A DNA stretch of 64,000 bases from a virus. Taxonomy: Duplodnaviria; Caudoviricetes. Positions within the stretch are counted from its first letter, which is position 1; each line of letters starts with the position of its first letter. The notes under the pieces are model-generated. The model was not told the DNA's origin and did no database searches. It saw nothing but the letters and a program-made list of their open reading frames with translations. Location of the stretch: the IMG/VR virus record IMGVR_UViG_3300036851_000068, positions 1,822 through 65,821 of that record. The stretch is one strand, 5' to 3'. Made by a program: the position numbers and the translations under genes. This document shows positions 1 through 9,024 of the stretch, piece by piece.

Positions 1-211
1 TGGCGTGTGCAAGCGCGATGATTCGGGCAAGAGTGTCGTCATTGTTCCTGGCAAAGATAAGGACGATAAGGGCAAGGGTGACAAGGACAAGGATAAGGAA
101 AAGGGCAAAGACAAGGGCAAGGGCGATAAGGATAAGGGGCATGGGAACGACGACGATAGAAATGACGACGACAATCCTGGGCAGGGTCATGGCAAGGGGC
201 CAGGAAAGTAA
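1..211 (+). CDS. 3' end of a gene with K/D/G low-complexity tail (5' end probably outside the window)
   Basis: Frame open from the window edge; KDKDKGKG repeats then GHGNDDDRNDDDNPGQGHG; stop overlaps next ATG (TAATG). Confidence 0.6.
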   Translation, partial: GVCKRDDSGKSVVIVPGKDKDDKGKGDKDKDKEKGKDKGKGDKDKGHGNDDDRNDDDNPGQGHGKGPGK

Positions 212-552
212 TGGAGATTGACGACGCCTTCAAGCAGTTGGGGGCATATGGTCTGATTATCAAGATGCTGACCGATGCCGTGCAGGGCATTTGGAAGCCG
301 CGACAGGACTGGAAGATCAAGGCGCTCGTCGTGGCATTCTCGGCGCTGGCCGTGTATGTGTTCAGGGTCATAGACCCGGTGGGGTTGCTGGAGATTAGGT
401 TGGCCGGACTGCATGAGATTGTACCGGCGGCGCGTAAGACGGTAGGCGTGGCGATTCTTGCGGGTAGTTCAATGGGAGTTCATGATGTAATGGATTACTT
501 CAAGAACGCTGGGCATGCTAAGAAAGAGGAGTCAACCGATGAAGTCAGTTGA
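211..552 (+). CDS. small membrane protein, holin-like
   Basis: 113 aa, 2-3 hydrophobic segments, AILAGSSMGVHD, charged C-terminus. Confidence 0.5.
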   Translation: MEIDDAFKQLGAYGLIIKMLTDAVQGIWKPRQDWKIKALVVAFSALAVYVFRVIDPVGLLEIRLAGLHEIVPAARKTVGVAILAGSSMGVHDVMDYFKNAGHAKKEESTDEVS

Positions 553-781
553 GCGTTACGTTCATCATGGTACGGAAGTGACGGTGCCGAGCGATGTCAA
601 GGGATTGCATCGGGAGAACTGTCTGTGTTTCAACGGGTGTAAGCACTTCAAACCAGGACAGCCGGACAACTGTCCTATCGCAGAAGCCGTATTTGCAAAC
701 TGTGTGAAGTTTAATCTTGTGACACCGGTGTATGAATGTCCGGTGTACGAGCAGGAGATGGTGAACGATGAAAAGGTCTGA
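539..781 (+). CDS. Cys-rich hypothetical phage protein
   Basis: CLCFNGCKHF..NCPIA..C..ECP; GAGGAG upstream of ATG 539. Confidence 0.6.
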   Translation: MKSVERYVHHGTEVTVPSDVKGLHRENCLCFNGCKHFKPGQPDNCPIAEAVFANCVKFNLVTPVYECPVYEQEMVNDEKV

Positions 782-1016
782 AGTGTTCAGTCTCATTGAT
801 GGGGAGCGCGATTATCAAGACTTGCGCTGGAAGGATTCGTTGAGCCGGAGCGTGGGTGACTTTTTGGTGTACATGGATGATTATATGCGTAAAGCCAAGG
901 AGCGCTTTACGGCAGTGGAAGGTACAGACGAGGCTCTGGACGTAATTCGCAAAGTGACGGCGCTGGGCGTGGCTTGCATGGAGAAGCATGGAGCACCAAG
1001 GAGAGGGGAACTATGA
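768..1016 (+). CDS. MazG-like all-alpha NTP pyrophosphohydrolase-type protein
   Basis: ERDYQD..W N-terminus and IRKVTALGVACME C-terminal helix typical of phage MazG-like proteins. Confidence 0.45.
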   Translation: MKRSEVFSLIDGERDYQDLRWKDSLSRSVGDFLVYMDDYMRKAKERFTAVEGTDEALDVIRKVTALGVACMEKHGAPRRGEL

Positions 1017-1594
1017 TTGCAACGATAACGGCGCTATGGCCTGTCATTAAGTGGGCACTTCAGGCGCTGGGGCTAATGAGCACGGAGGACCGCGAACTTG
1101 AGCGGACGTATAAACTGAAATTGCTTGAGGCGGCTGAGCGCAAGGATGCCGCGATGATTGAGGCATTTGCAGACTTTCAGAAGTTGTGGCGTCCTCCGGC
1201 TGAGCGCGTGTACGTGTGGGCGAACACAGCGATTGCCCTGTTTCAGCCAACCATTATTGCGCTCATATACTGGGATGTGTTCCTGGGTACGAGGAAGTCG
1301 GTAACTGCGGCCAATGAACTAGGCAGCACGATTGGCGGGCTATTCATCATGTCAATCATGTTGTTTCCGTTCTATGGTCCTGCACTGGTGAGCGGCGTTG
1401 GTGCTGCCTTCAGCAAGGCCGTGGAGGTGGCATTGGAAAAGAAGAATGGCAAGCGGGCGACCGTTAAGCCAGGGGATAAGCCGGGGAGTGAATCAGAACT
1501 GGAGCGGCTGGCGCGCCTGAACCGTGAGCGTAACGATGAGATCATTGAGCGTATCAAGCCAGACGACGAACATGGTGGGCCGAGGGACCTATGA
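1013..1594 (+). CDS. membrane protein, possibly holin-like
   Basis: N-terminal amphipathic helix, charged coiled segment, two TM helices; GGAGAGGGG upstream. Confidence 0.45.
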   Translation: MIATITALWPVIKWALQALGLMSTEDRELERTYKLKLLEAAERKDAAMIEAFADFQKLWRPPAERVYVWANTAIALFQPTIIALIYWDVFLGTRKSVTAANELGSTIGGLFIMSIMLFPFYGPALVSGVGAAFSKAVEVALEKKNGKRATVKPGDKPGSESELERLARLNRERNDEIIERIKPDDEHGGPRDL

Positions 1595-1734
1595 AGAACA
1601 AGGAAGACTGCAAACACGATTGGTTTCCCGTAGCGTTTGACTTTGATTGTGAGTTTGCTTTTTACGAATGCGGGGAATGCGGCGAACATGTGTGGAGGAA
1701 TATACATCCGGCGTACCCGGAGGAGGCACTTTGA
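1591..1734 (+). CDS. small Zn-ribbon protein (47 aa, not in ORF track)
   Basis: MKNKEDCKHDWF...YECGECGEH; overlapping start/stop with both neighbours. Confidence 0.55.
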   Translation: MKNKEDCKHDWFPVAFDFDCEFAFYECGECGEHVWRNIHPAYPEEAL

Positions 1735-2468
1735 TGGCGAAGAAGGACGAGTTGCCGATGCCGTTGACGCTGGGAGCGATTTGGTCGGGGTTTGCAGGGA
1801 AGTACGCTGACGTTGAACGTAACTGGCCGATGCCAGGCAGCATGGGTGAGTGGGGAGCGCTCATGCAGATCACTGAGCGCCGCGTGTTCTTGTTCACGGA
1901 GATTATTGATGAGGACAAGGATGATGAAGTGCAGAGTATCGGTTGGCTGATAAAGGGCTTGTACACGCTGGACTCAATGGGCACAGACCCTATCACGATG
2001 TACATAAACAGTCCTGGTGGCGATATTGCGGCGGGGCTGGCGTTGGTGAATGTGATGCTGGACCTTCGCAGTCCAGTGTTCACTTTTGTTGTGGGCCAGG
2101 CGAGCAGCATGGCGGCAGTAGTGGCTGTGGCCGGGGCGAAGCGCAAGGCGTATCCTACGGCGAGATGGCTGCTGCATAGAGGCAAGAGCAGCGCACAGGG
2201 TGATGCGGAGGACTTGGCGATTGAGGCTAAGGAGTTCCGAACCCTGGACTCGTATGCTGACCAGGTGGTAATCAACGCGAGTGCGGGCAAGATTGACCAC
2301 AAGAAACTGGGTAGGTTGCAGCGAAAGAACTACTATATGAGCGCGGAGGAAGCGAAGAAAGTTGGCTTGCTAGATGAGATCGTGATGCCGTCGCAGTGGG
2401 CCGACAAGGTGTGGATTCCACCGAAGGGTTCAACGACATACGAGAGTGAGGAAGAAACCCATGAGTGA
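1734..2468 (+). CDS. clpP: ClpP-family protease proteolytic subunit
   Basis: ERRVFL, ITMYINSPGG, GQASSMA (Ser), LLH (His), YYMSAEEAKKVGLLD; SD GGAGGAGG before ATG 1734. Confidence 0.92.
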   Translation: MAKKDELPMPLTLGAIWSGFAGKYADVERNWPMPGSMGEWGALMQITERRVFLFTEIIDEDKDDEVQSIGWLIKGLYTLDSMGTDPITMYINSPGGDIAAGLALVNVMLDLRSPVFTFVVGQASSMAAVVAVAGAKRKAYPTARWLLHRGKSSAQGDAEDLAIEAKEFRTLDSYADQVVINASAGKIDHKKLGRLQRKNYYMSAEEAKKVGLLDEIVMPSQWADKVWIPPKGSTTYESEEETHE

Positions 2469-2868
2469 TAAGACAGCAGTAGCAATCAAGGCGCTTGAGG
2501 CACAGTCAAAGAAACATTATGACCTTGGTGTCCAGGAGCGCGCCATCAAGAAGGAGCGCAGCAAGATTGCCGCTTGGTGTAAGGCAATGCTGCAAAAGTT
2601 GGGTGCTCAAGATCACTTTTGGAAGACCGGCGGCGTACAGTATCAAGCAATGAAGTATGCGCAGGAAACAGTTGAATGGGACATTAAGGCATTGCGCGCG
2701 CTGGGTGTAAAGAAGCGCGCAGACTTGACCATGACGGCGGCTGATGTCTCGGCTATTCAGGCGGCAGTTGCAAGTGGTAAGATAACGGTCGAGGAACTGC
2801 GCGAGTGCGGCAAGGTATCCCGAGACTGGCGCTTCAAAGTGTTACCAGTGAAGGAGTCACATGAGTAG
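2461..2868 (+). CDS. hypothetical phage protein (coiled N-terminus)
   Basis: Coupled ORF with SD; helical basic protein. Confidence 0.6.
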   Translation: MSDKTAVAIKALEAQSKKHYDLGVQERAIKKERSKIAAWCKAMLQKLGAQDHFWKTGGVQYQAMKYAQETVEWDIKALRALGVKKRADLTMTAADVSAIQAAVASGKITVEELRECGKVSRDWRFKVLPVKESHE

Positions 2869-3205
2869 ACCGAAGGAATACAAGCCGGGTAACGCCAGAG
2901 ACGACGCTGCTGTATTGAAGGAGAAGGCCGAGAAGTTAGAGGCGATGGTGCGCCAATTCTCCGGCGATGGCAAGCCAGTCCTGGTCGAGAGTAGCGTATA
3001 CACCCCCGAGGGGCTACGCATTTCGTGCAAGAATGGCGAACAGGCGCGGCGTCTTTTGACCCTGGTGAAACTTCTAACCCCTGAGATCATGCATGTTCTT
3101 TATGAACTGCATGACCATGTTGTTCTTCTGAAGAATCCTCCAACGTGGCCTAATGCATTACCGAAGCCTGACGACAATCGCAGTCCTGGTCCGGGGGCGA
3201 TATGA
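2861..3205 (+). CDS. hypothetical protein
   Basis: AAGGAG SD, overlaps both neighbours. Confidence 0.6.
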   Translation: MSRPKEYKPGNARDDAAVLKEKAEKLEAMVRQFSGDGKPVLVESSVYTPEGLRISCKNGEQARRLLTLVKLLTPEIMHVLYELHDHVVLLKNPPTWPNALPKPDDNRSPGPGAI

Positions 3206-4116
3206 CGGGTTCACCCCCTGTGCTTCAGGCTGTTTCGCATTTTGGCCTGAGTGCGACTATAGAAAATGGGCAGGCGCAGATGAAGTGCCCATTTCATGAG
3301 GAGGACACTGCGTCACTGGATATACGGTTAGACAACGGTATTTGGAACTGTTTTGGGTGTGGGGCGCACGGGAGTTTCCTGGACTTCGTGGCGCGCATGG
3401 ATGGCGGCAGTCAGATCAAGGCATTGATGCTGGTAAACAAGTTGAAGAAGTTGCCAGCGCCGGACATTGAGGACCTGTATGGCAGCGCGGGCGCGGCGAT
3501 GGTCCGGCAGAACACAGCGAACTATGATTTGGAGAAGCAGTGGGCGAGGTTTCACAAGGTGAACTGGCACAAGATGAGTTCGAAGCATCCCGTGGCCGCG
3601 TATCTGTTGGGTGAGAGGAAATTCAGCCGGTACACGCTTGATACGTTTGATGTGCGGCTGACGGAGAGTGCGGAATATCCTCTGGTGATTCCGTGGTTGC
3701 GCAAAGACACGCTAGTCGGATATGTACGCAGGTGGATTGTGCCGGTACCGGGTAAGAAAAAGTACCGGTTCAACCTGGGATTCAATGCGAAAGAGGCAAT
3801 GGCGTATTACAAGGTGGGCGGTGGCAGCGTGTTGGTGTGCGAAGGCATCATGGACTTGCTGAAGGCGGCTGAGTATGGTTATCCGCATGCGGCATGTATT
3901 CCGTCGTGGCGGTTCAACGAGTCACATGCGGAGTTTTTCAGGAGTGAGGGGGTGAAGACGGCGATATGTGGGCTGGATAATACGCCTACGGGGGAGCAGG
4001 GTTATCAACTGATGCGCACGTTGATGCTTCAGGTTCGAAGGTTCGCGTTTCCTGGTAAGTATAGGAAGGATATTGGTGAGTGCAACATCAATGAATTTTG
4101 GTTCGGGGTGACATAA
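3202..4116 (+). CDS. dnaG: DNA primase (CHC2 zinc finger + TOPRIM)
   Basis: CPFHEE..S....WNCFGCG; VCEGIMD and GLDN TOPRIM motifs. Confidence 0.88.
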   Translation: MTGSPPVLQAVSHFGLSATIENGQAQMKCPFHEEDTASLDIRLDNGIWNCFGCGAHGSFLDFVARMDGGSQIKALMLVNKLKKLPAPDIEDLYGSAGAAMVRQNTANYDLEKQWARFHKVNWHKMSSKHPVAAYLLGERKFSRYTLDTFDVRLTESAEYPLVIPWLRKDTLVGYVRRWIVPVPGKKKYRFNLGFNAKEAMAYYKVGGGSVLVCEGIMDLLKAAEYGYPHAACIPSWRFNESHAEFFRSEGVKTAICGLDNTPTGEQGYQLMRTLMLQVRRFAFPGKYRKDIGECNINEFWFGVT

Positions 4117-4120
4117 AGTC

Positions 4121-4327
4121 GTGGATGCATTGTTGGGGTCAAAGTGTGATGTGTGTTGGTTGTTGGAGAATCAGGTTGTACCTGCGGTGTTCTACTGTTC
4201 ACGGTGTGATGCTCACTTCTGTCAGGCGTGCAGGGGTGACTTTCTACGAAGGGCGCGAGCGTTCTTGGAACGAAAGCGCAACAAACTGGACGCGGCCTTA
4301 ACCGCGAGGAGGAACAACAATGGGTAA
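4121..4327 (+). CDS. zinc-finger (B-box-like) protein
   Basis: CDVC..YCSRCDAHFCQAC. Confidence 0.55.
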   Translation: MDALLGSKCDVCWLLENQVVPAVFYCSRCDAHFCQACRGDFLRRARAFLERKRNKLDAALTARRNNNG

Positions 4328-4967
4328 GGAAAAGAAAGAGGGCGTCCTGGATGCGATTCGTAAAGCGCTCAAGGGCGGCGGCAAGGGTCAGAACGGGCAC
4401 ACGATGCCCGAGGAGTTGCTGTTTGTTCCTGTTGATGGCGTCAAGGTGGTAAGGTTTCTATCAGACCTGAACGACGAGGAAGCGCTACCCCTTCAGATGC
4501 ACGACAAGTTCAAGGAGTTCATGCCTCAGCCGTGTTTCAAGTATTACGGCAAGAAGTGCCCGTTTGATGGTCTTGGCGGCAAGTACCGCGAGTCCACATT
4601 CTACGGGTTCACGGTGTACGACTATGAGAACGAGCGCAAGCGGCTGTTTCTGGTGCGTCCGTCCGGGCTGAGCGCGATGGACGACTTGGTGGAAATTTAC
4701 GAGAAGAACGGCACGCTGAAGGACCGGGACATCAAGATCATTCGTGTGTCCACCGGGGACAACAAGAGCAAGTACAAGGCGCGCGAGGTGCAGGGTCAGC
4801 CGACAGAGTACACGGTGAAGAACAAGAGAAACCCGTTCAGCACTGAGAAGGTGTACGCAATCGTGCGCGGCATGATTACCGTGGTCAAGCCGAAGGCTAT
4901 TGACCCGGACCTTGAGGACGACGACGGCGGCGGGAGAGATAACGATGCTGACTCAGACGCGGACTAG
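4320..4967 (+). CDS. single-stranded DNA-binding protein (gp32-like)
   Basis: VVRFL, H/C..CP metal motif, VYDY, DRDIKIIR, acidic C-terminal tail; sits between primase and polymerase. Confidence 0.65.
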   Translation: MGKEKKEGVLDAIRKALKGGGKGQNGHTMPEELLFVPVDGVKVVRFLSDLNDEEALPLQMHDKFKEFMPQPCFKYYGKKCPFDGLGGKYRESTFYGFTVYDYENERKRLFLVRPSGLSAMDDLVEIYEKNGTLKDRDIKIIRVSTGDNKSKYKAREVQGQPTEYTVKNKRNPFSTEKVYAIVRGMITVVKPKAIDPDLEDDDGGGRDNDADSDAD

Positions 4968-4980
4968 GACGGTGGCACCC

Positions 4981-5457
4981 ATGACGAGGCTTCAGGTGTA
5001 TTTGGCCGGGCCAATTACCGGCCTGACATTTGGCGACGCTAATGATTGGCGCGCGTATGCGGTTGATGTGCTGGAGTCGCACGGCATTGAGGGGTTATCA
5101 CCCATGCGCGGCAAGGATTTCATAATGAAGCGCCTGGGCGAGCGCGAGGTGTTGGGCCAGACGTACGAGGATTCGCCACTTAGCGCACAGCGCGGCATTG
5201 TGGCGCGTGACCGGTTCGATGTGGGGCGCACCGACATTGTGCTGTTCAACTTACTTGGCGCGGAGCGCGTGAGCATTGGGACGATGATTGAATACGGATG
5301 GGCCAGCGCGCAAGGCAAGGTTATTGTGACCGTGATGGAGAAGACGGCGAACATACACGATCATGCTTTTGTGCGGGAACTGTCGCCGTTTCGTGTGGAG
5401 ACGTTGGACGAAGCGCTTGACATCATTGCGGCTATTGGGAGGACTTGGAACCCGTGA
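4981..5457 (+). CDS. nucleoside 2-deoxyribosyltransferase / nucleotide N-hydrolase-like protein
   Basis: VYLAGPITG, D...DIVL, SIGTMIEYGWA. Confidence 0.8.
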   Translation: MTRLQVYLAGPITGLTFGDANDWRAYAVDVLESHGIEGLSPMRGKDFIMKRLGEREVLGQTYEDSPLSAQRGIVARDRFDVGRTDIVLFNLLGAERVSIGTMIEYGWASAQGKVIVTVMEKTANIHDHAFVRELSPFRVETLDEALDIIAAIGRTWNP

Positions 5458-5810
5458 GTGACGCGCGCATGGTTGGTATAGGTGGCGCGCCTACGCGGGC
5501 CACAACGCTGCCTGATGGCGGCAAGGAGCGCAAGGAATACCCGCTGGCGACGGGCTTGATGGATTACTTCCCGGATGCATTGGTGGCGGTTGCCAATGTG
5601 TCATATCGCGGGAATGAGCAGCACAATCCGGGCCAGCCTCTGCATTGGGCACGAAGCAAGTCAGGGGACGAGGCCGATACGATGATGCGCCATTTTGTGC
5701 AGCGTGGCACTTTGGATACAGACAAGGTGCGGCACTCGGCTAAGATGGCGTGGCGAGCACTGGCGCTGTTGCAGAAGGAAATTGAAAGTGAAGGAGATGA
5801 GAAGCCGTGA
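5454..5810 (+). CDS. dATP/dGTP diphosphohydrolase-like (DUF5664)
   Basis: PDALVAVANVS..GNEQHN....W......D..MRH...H....AWRALA. Confidence 0.75.
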   Translation: MSDARMVGIGGAPTRATTLPDGGKERKEYPLATGLMDYFPDALVAVANVSYRGNEQHNPGQPLHWARSKSGDEADTMMRHFVQRGTLDTDKVRHSAKMAWRALALLQKEIESEGDEKP

Positions 5811-5995
5811 AAGTGTACGATGCGGTGGTGACCATGCGGTACATTATCAGCAATGTGTGTCATGATGAGGAACTGGCTGAAGGATTGACTTTCGATGTGC
5901 TGGCGCGCGACTTGATTGAGAGTGAAGGCGTGATTGGTCTGGCCGATGATGAGCCGGAGATCGTGTCTATCGAGCAGAGGGTGCGCGAGGAATGA
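5807..5995 (+). CDS. small acidic hypothetical protein
   Basis: Coupled ORF with AAGGAG SD. Confidence 0.55.
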   Translation: MKVYDAVVTMRYIISNVCHDEELAEGLTFDVLARDLIESEGVIGLADDEPEIVSIEQRVREE

Positions 5996-6186
5996 GTAAG
6001 ACGAGGTATATGTACAAGTGTCGCGAGGGGCATGAGAAATCGTTTCTGTTTGATACAGGGACAGCCCCTGACATGGTGCTGGTGGAATGTGCCCAGTGTC
6101 ATGCGGAAAAGGAAATGCGCCGCGTGTACACAGCGCCACACATTATATTTCGAGGTACTGGCTGGGGAGGCACCAAGAGGACATGA
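5992..6186 (+). CDS. FmdB-family zinc ribbon protein
   Basis: YMYKC..GH...CAQC...MRRVYTAP.IIFRGTGW. Confidence 0.75.
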   Translation: MSKTRYMYKCREGHEKSFLFDTGTAPDMVLVECAQCHAEKEMRRVYTAPHIIFRGTGWGGTKRT

Positions 6187-6344
6187 AGTGCCCGTGGTGT
6201 TTGAAAGAGTTTATCTACGAGGACAGACCGGCTATGGCATCACAGGCGTTCAGGCGTCATGTGATAACGTGTCCGAAGGCGACAACGGAGCAGCGCGAGG
6301 TAGCAAAGAAAGCAGCGCGGGAGAGGGATAAGCCGAGTGAGTGA
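6183..6344 (+). CDS. small zinc-finger protein
   Basis: MKCPWC...H..TCP; ATGA coupling. Confidence 0.5.
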   Translation: MKCPWCLKEFIYEDRPAMASQAFRRHVITCPKATTEQREVAKKAARERDKPSE

Positions 6345-9024
6345 CGCATACGTTTCCCTTCATAGGCATGATTCGTACAGCACCTTTGACGGTGTAGATT
6401 TGGCCGTCCGCGCTGTTGAACGCGCCAAGAATCTAGGACAGCAGGCGCTTGCATTAACGAATCACGGCAACGTATTCGGAGTGATAGAGCATTACCGGCA
6501 GTGCAATGAAGGCGGCATCCGTCCCATCCTGGGTATGGAAGCCTACGTGACTACTAGCGAGCGCAAGCCCGAGAAGGGCGAGAAGTTGCCAAACTACCAC
6601 CAGACGCTGCTAGTTCAGAACTACGAGGGCTACAAGAATCTGATGCGTCTGGTTACGAAGTCTTACGATTACTTCTACTATAAGCCGCGCATACCGCTCA
6701 AGATGCTTCGCGATCACAGTGAGGGTTTGATTGTGTTGTCGGGTTGTCCCAGCAGTCTGTTGCAGCGGTTGCTGCAAGAGGAGAAGTACGGGCAGGCTGA
6801 GAAACTTTTCAAGTGGTTCGTGGATGGTTTCGGGGACCGATTCTATGCTGAGGTGCAGCATAGCGACCTGACGACGAAGACCTTGAAGCCGTTGCTGGAA
6901 CTGGCCGACAAGTATCGCGTGGGGTTGGTGGCAACGAATGATGCCCACTATGTTGACCCGGAGGATAAGGCGGTTCATGACCTGCTGCTACGTATGAGGC
7001 GCACGGGGCAGGGGGAGGAGAACCCGACATATGGCGAGGGCTATCACATAGCGACGCGCAAGGAGATGCAGCACTACCTTGCAGATCGTCATACGTGGAT
7101 GCCCAGGAAGCGAATTACTGAGGCACTGAATAATACGGTGGTGATTGCGGAGCGTGTAGAGTTGGACCTTGAGGCGCACAGGCCAAAGAGAATGCTGCCT
7201 GACCTATGGGGCAAGGATGCTTGGCAGAAGTTGGAACAGTTGGGATATGCTGGGCTACGCTTGAAGGGATTAGAGAAGCGGAAGGAGTATGTGGCACGGC
7301 TGAATGAGGAGATGCGCGTCATTCACAAGTTGAGTTATGACGAATACTTCCTGGTGTGTCATGAGTTGACTTCGTGGGCGCGCAGCGAGGGAATAATGAT
7401 AGGGCCGCGCGGGTCTGTGTGCGGTAGTCTTCTGGCATTCGTGCTGGGCGTAACGATGGTGGACCCGATTGTACACGGCACATTGTTCGAGCGGTTTCTG
7501 CATGATGAGAAGAAGTCGTTTCCTGATGTTGACCTGGACATTGACAGCCGGTACAAGGTGAAAGTGCACGAATGGTTTCATGAACGCTTCAAGCCGTACA
7601 CGTTGCCCATTATCACCTTCGGGCGGTACGCGGCAGGTAACTTGGTGAACGACTTGCAGAAGGCGTACCCGATGGAGATAGGAAAGGACCGGCGCAAGAA
7701 ACTGCGGTTTGCCATTGATAGGATAAGGACCGAGACAAAGGCACCGTTCTTGAATGATGAGCACCTTGAGCCGTATGGCATATTCGATGCTGTAGAGGCT
7801 GACATTCCGGGGCTGAAGCGTACTGTGGAGAAGTTGTACAACATGGTTAGGTATATTGGGCGGCACCCTGGCGGTGTGTGTTTTGTGCCGGGCGATGCTG
7901 AGAACTGGACGCCAAAGATCAAAGTCAAAGACCGCGAGATGGCGTCGTTCAACTACACAGACATTGAGTACCTGGGTCTGTTGAAGTTCGACTTGCTGGG
8001 GCTGTCGGCGGTCAGCACGGTGCGGCGCACGATTGACCTGGTGAGCGAGCGGCACGATGGCATGGCAATTGTACTCGACAAGATTCCGCTTAACGACCCG
8101 TCGTGTTACCAGAAGTTCAGCGAGGGCATTACGGATGGTATCTTTCAGTTCGAGACGCGCGGGGGCCGGAGCATCTTGCAGCAGATAGAGCCTGATAACT
8201 TCTCGGAATTGGCCGCGAGTACGGCGCTGAACAGGCCAGGCGTGAGCGAGAACGTGGATGCTTATGTGCGCGGCAAGCGTGAGGGCCGGACACACGGCTT
8301 CTTCGGTAGCACGTTCGGAACGGTGGTGTATCAGGAGGACATTGCGCGGGTGCTTATGTCGTTGGGCTTGCCCTGGACCAAGATAGACAAGTTCCTCAAG
8401 GGCATAAAGATGTTGAAATCATTCGCGGCGGTAACAGCGGACTTGAGCATTTATGATGAAGTTGAGGCGCTGTTGGTATCGAAAGGAAAGGACCCGGAGA
8501 AGGTGAAGCGGTTTGTGGGACGACTGAAGCAATACTCGTTCAACAAGGCACATGCCATTGGTTACTCGCTGGTAGCCTATTGGATGATGTGGTTGCGGCA
8601 GCACTACCCAATGGAGTTCTGGTGCAGCCTGCTGAACATGGAGAGTAACGACGGCAAGCGCGCAGCGTATGAGGGAGCGAGCCTGTTCGATGGCGTGGTG
8701 TTGCTGCCTCCGCATATCAACGGCACGGCAGACTATACGATTGACGGCAATGCTATCAGGGTTGGGTTGCGCACCATCAAGGGAGTGGGAGAGGTAGCGT
8801 CCAAGGTGATTGAGGCGAACCGGCCATATGCTCGACCGCATGACTTGCGCCGGTTGCCGAAGCGCCAGGTTAATGCGCGCGTGGTAAAGATGCTCGCGGC
8901 AGGTGGGGCGTTATACTTCAACCCGGACATGCTGCGGAGTCATGCTGTGAAGTACAACGTACAGCGGCAGGAAATGAACAAGGGCATCTTGCTTCATGGA
9001 GGCGGAAAGGTGGAGGTTCCATGA
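6337..9024 (+). CDS. dnaE: DNA polymerase III alpha subunit (family C) with PHP domain
   Basis: HRHDSYS, TNHGN, TNDAHY (PHP); RGS, FPDVDLDID, HPGG, KFDLLGL, YSFNKAHA. Confidence 0.96.
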   Translation: MSDAYVSLHRHDSYSTFDGVDLAVRAVERAKNLGQQALALTNHGNVFGVIEHYRQCNEGGIRPILGMEAYVTTSERKPEKGEKLPNYHQTLLVQNYEGYKNLMRLVTKSYDYFYYKPRIPLKMLRDHSEGLIVLSGCPSSLLQRLLQEEKYGQAEKLFKWFVDGFGDRFYAEVQHSDLTTKTLKPLLELADKYRVGLVATNDAHYVDPEDKAVHDLLLRMRRTGQGEENPTYGEGYHIATRKEMQHYLADRHTWMPRKRITEALNNTVVIAERVELDLEAHRPKRMLPDLWGKDAWQKLEQLGYAGLRLKGLEKRKEYVARLNEEMRVIHKLSYDEYFLVCHELTSWARSEGIMIGPRGSVCGSLLAFVLGVTMVDPIVHGTLFERFLHDEKKSFPDVDLDIDSRYKVKVHEWFHERFKPYTLPIITFGRYAAGNLVNDLQKAYPMEIGKDRRKKLRFAIDRIRTETKAPFLNDEHLEPYGIFDAVEADIPGLKRTVEKLYNMVRYIGRHPGGVCFVPGDAENWTPKIKVKDREMASFNYTDIEYLGLLKFDLLGLSAVSTVRRTIDLVSERHDGMAIVLDKIPLNDPSCYQKFSEGITDGIFQFETRGGRSILQQIEPDNFSELAASTALNRPGVSENVDAYVRGKREGRTHGFFGSTFGTVVYQEDIARVLMSLGLPWTKIDKFLKGIKMLKSFAAVTADLSIYDEVEALLVSKGKDPEKVKRFVGRLKQYSFNKAHAIGYSLVAYWMMWLRQHYPMEFWCSLLNMESNDGKRAAYEGASLFDGVVLLPPHINGTADYTIDGNAIRVGLRTIKGVGEVASKVIEANRPYARPHDLRRLPKRQVNARVVKMLAAGGALYFNPDMLRSHAVKYNVQRQEMNKGILLHGGGKVEVP

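Noticed and set aside
5454-5810. Z-genome (2-aminoadenine) system
   Set aside because: No PurZ/adenylosuccinate synthetase homologue in the window; DUF5664 alone is insufficient
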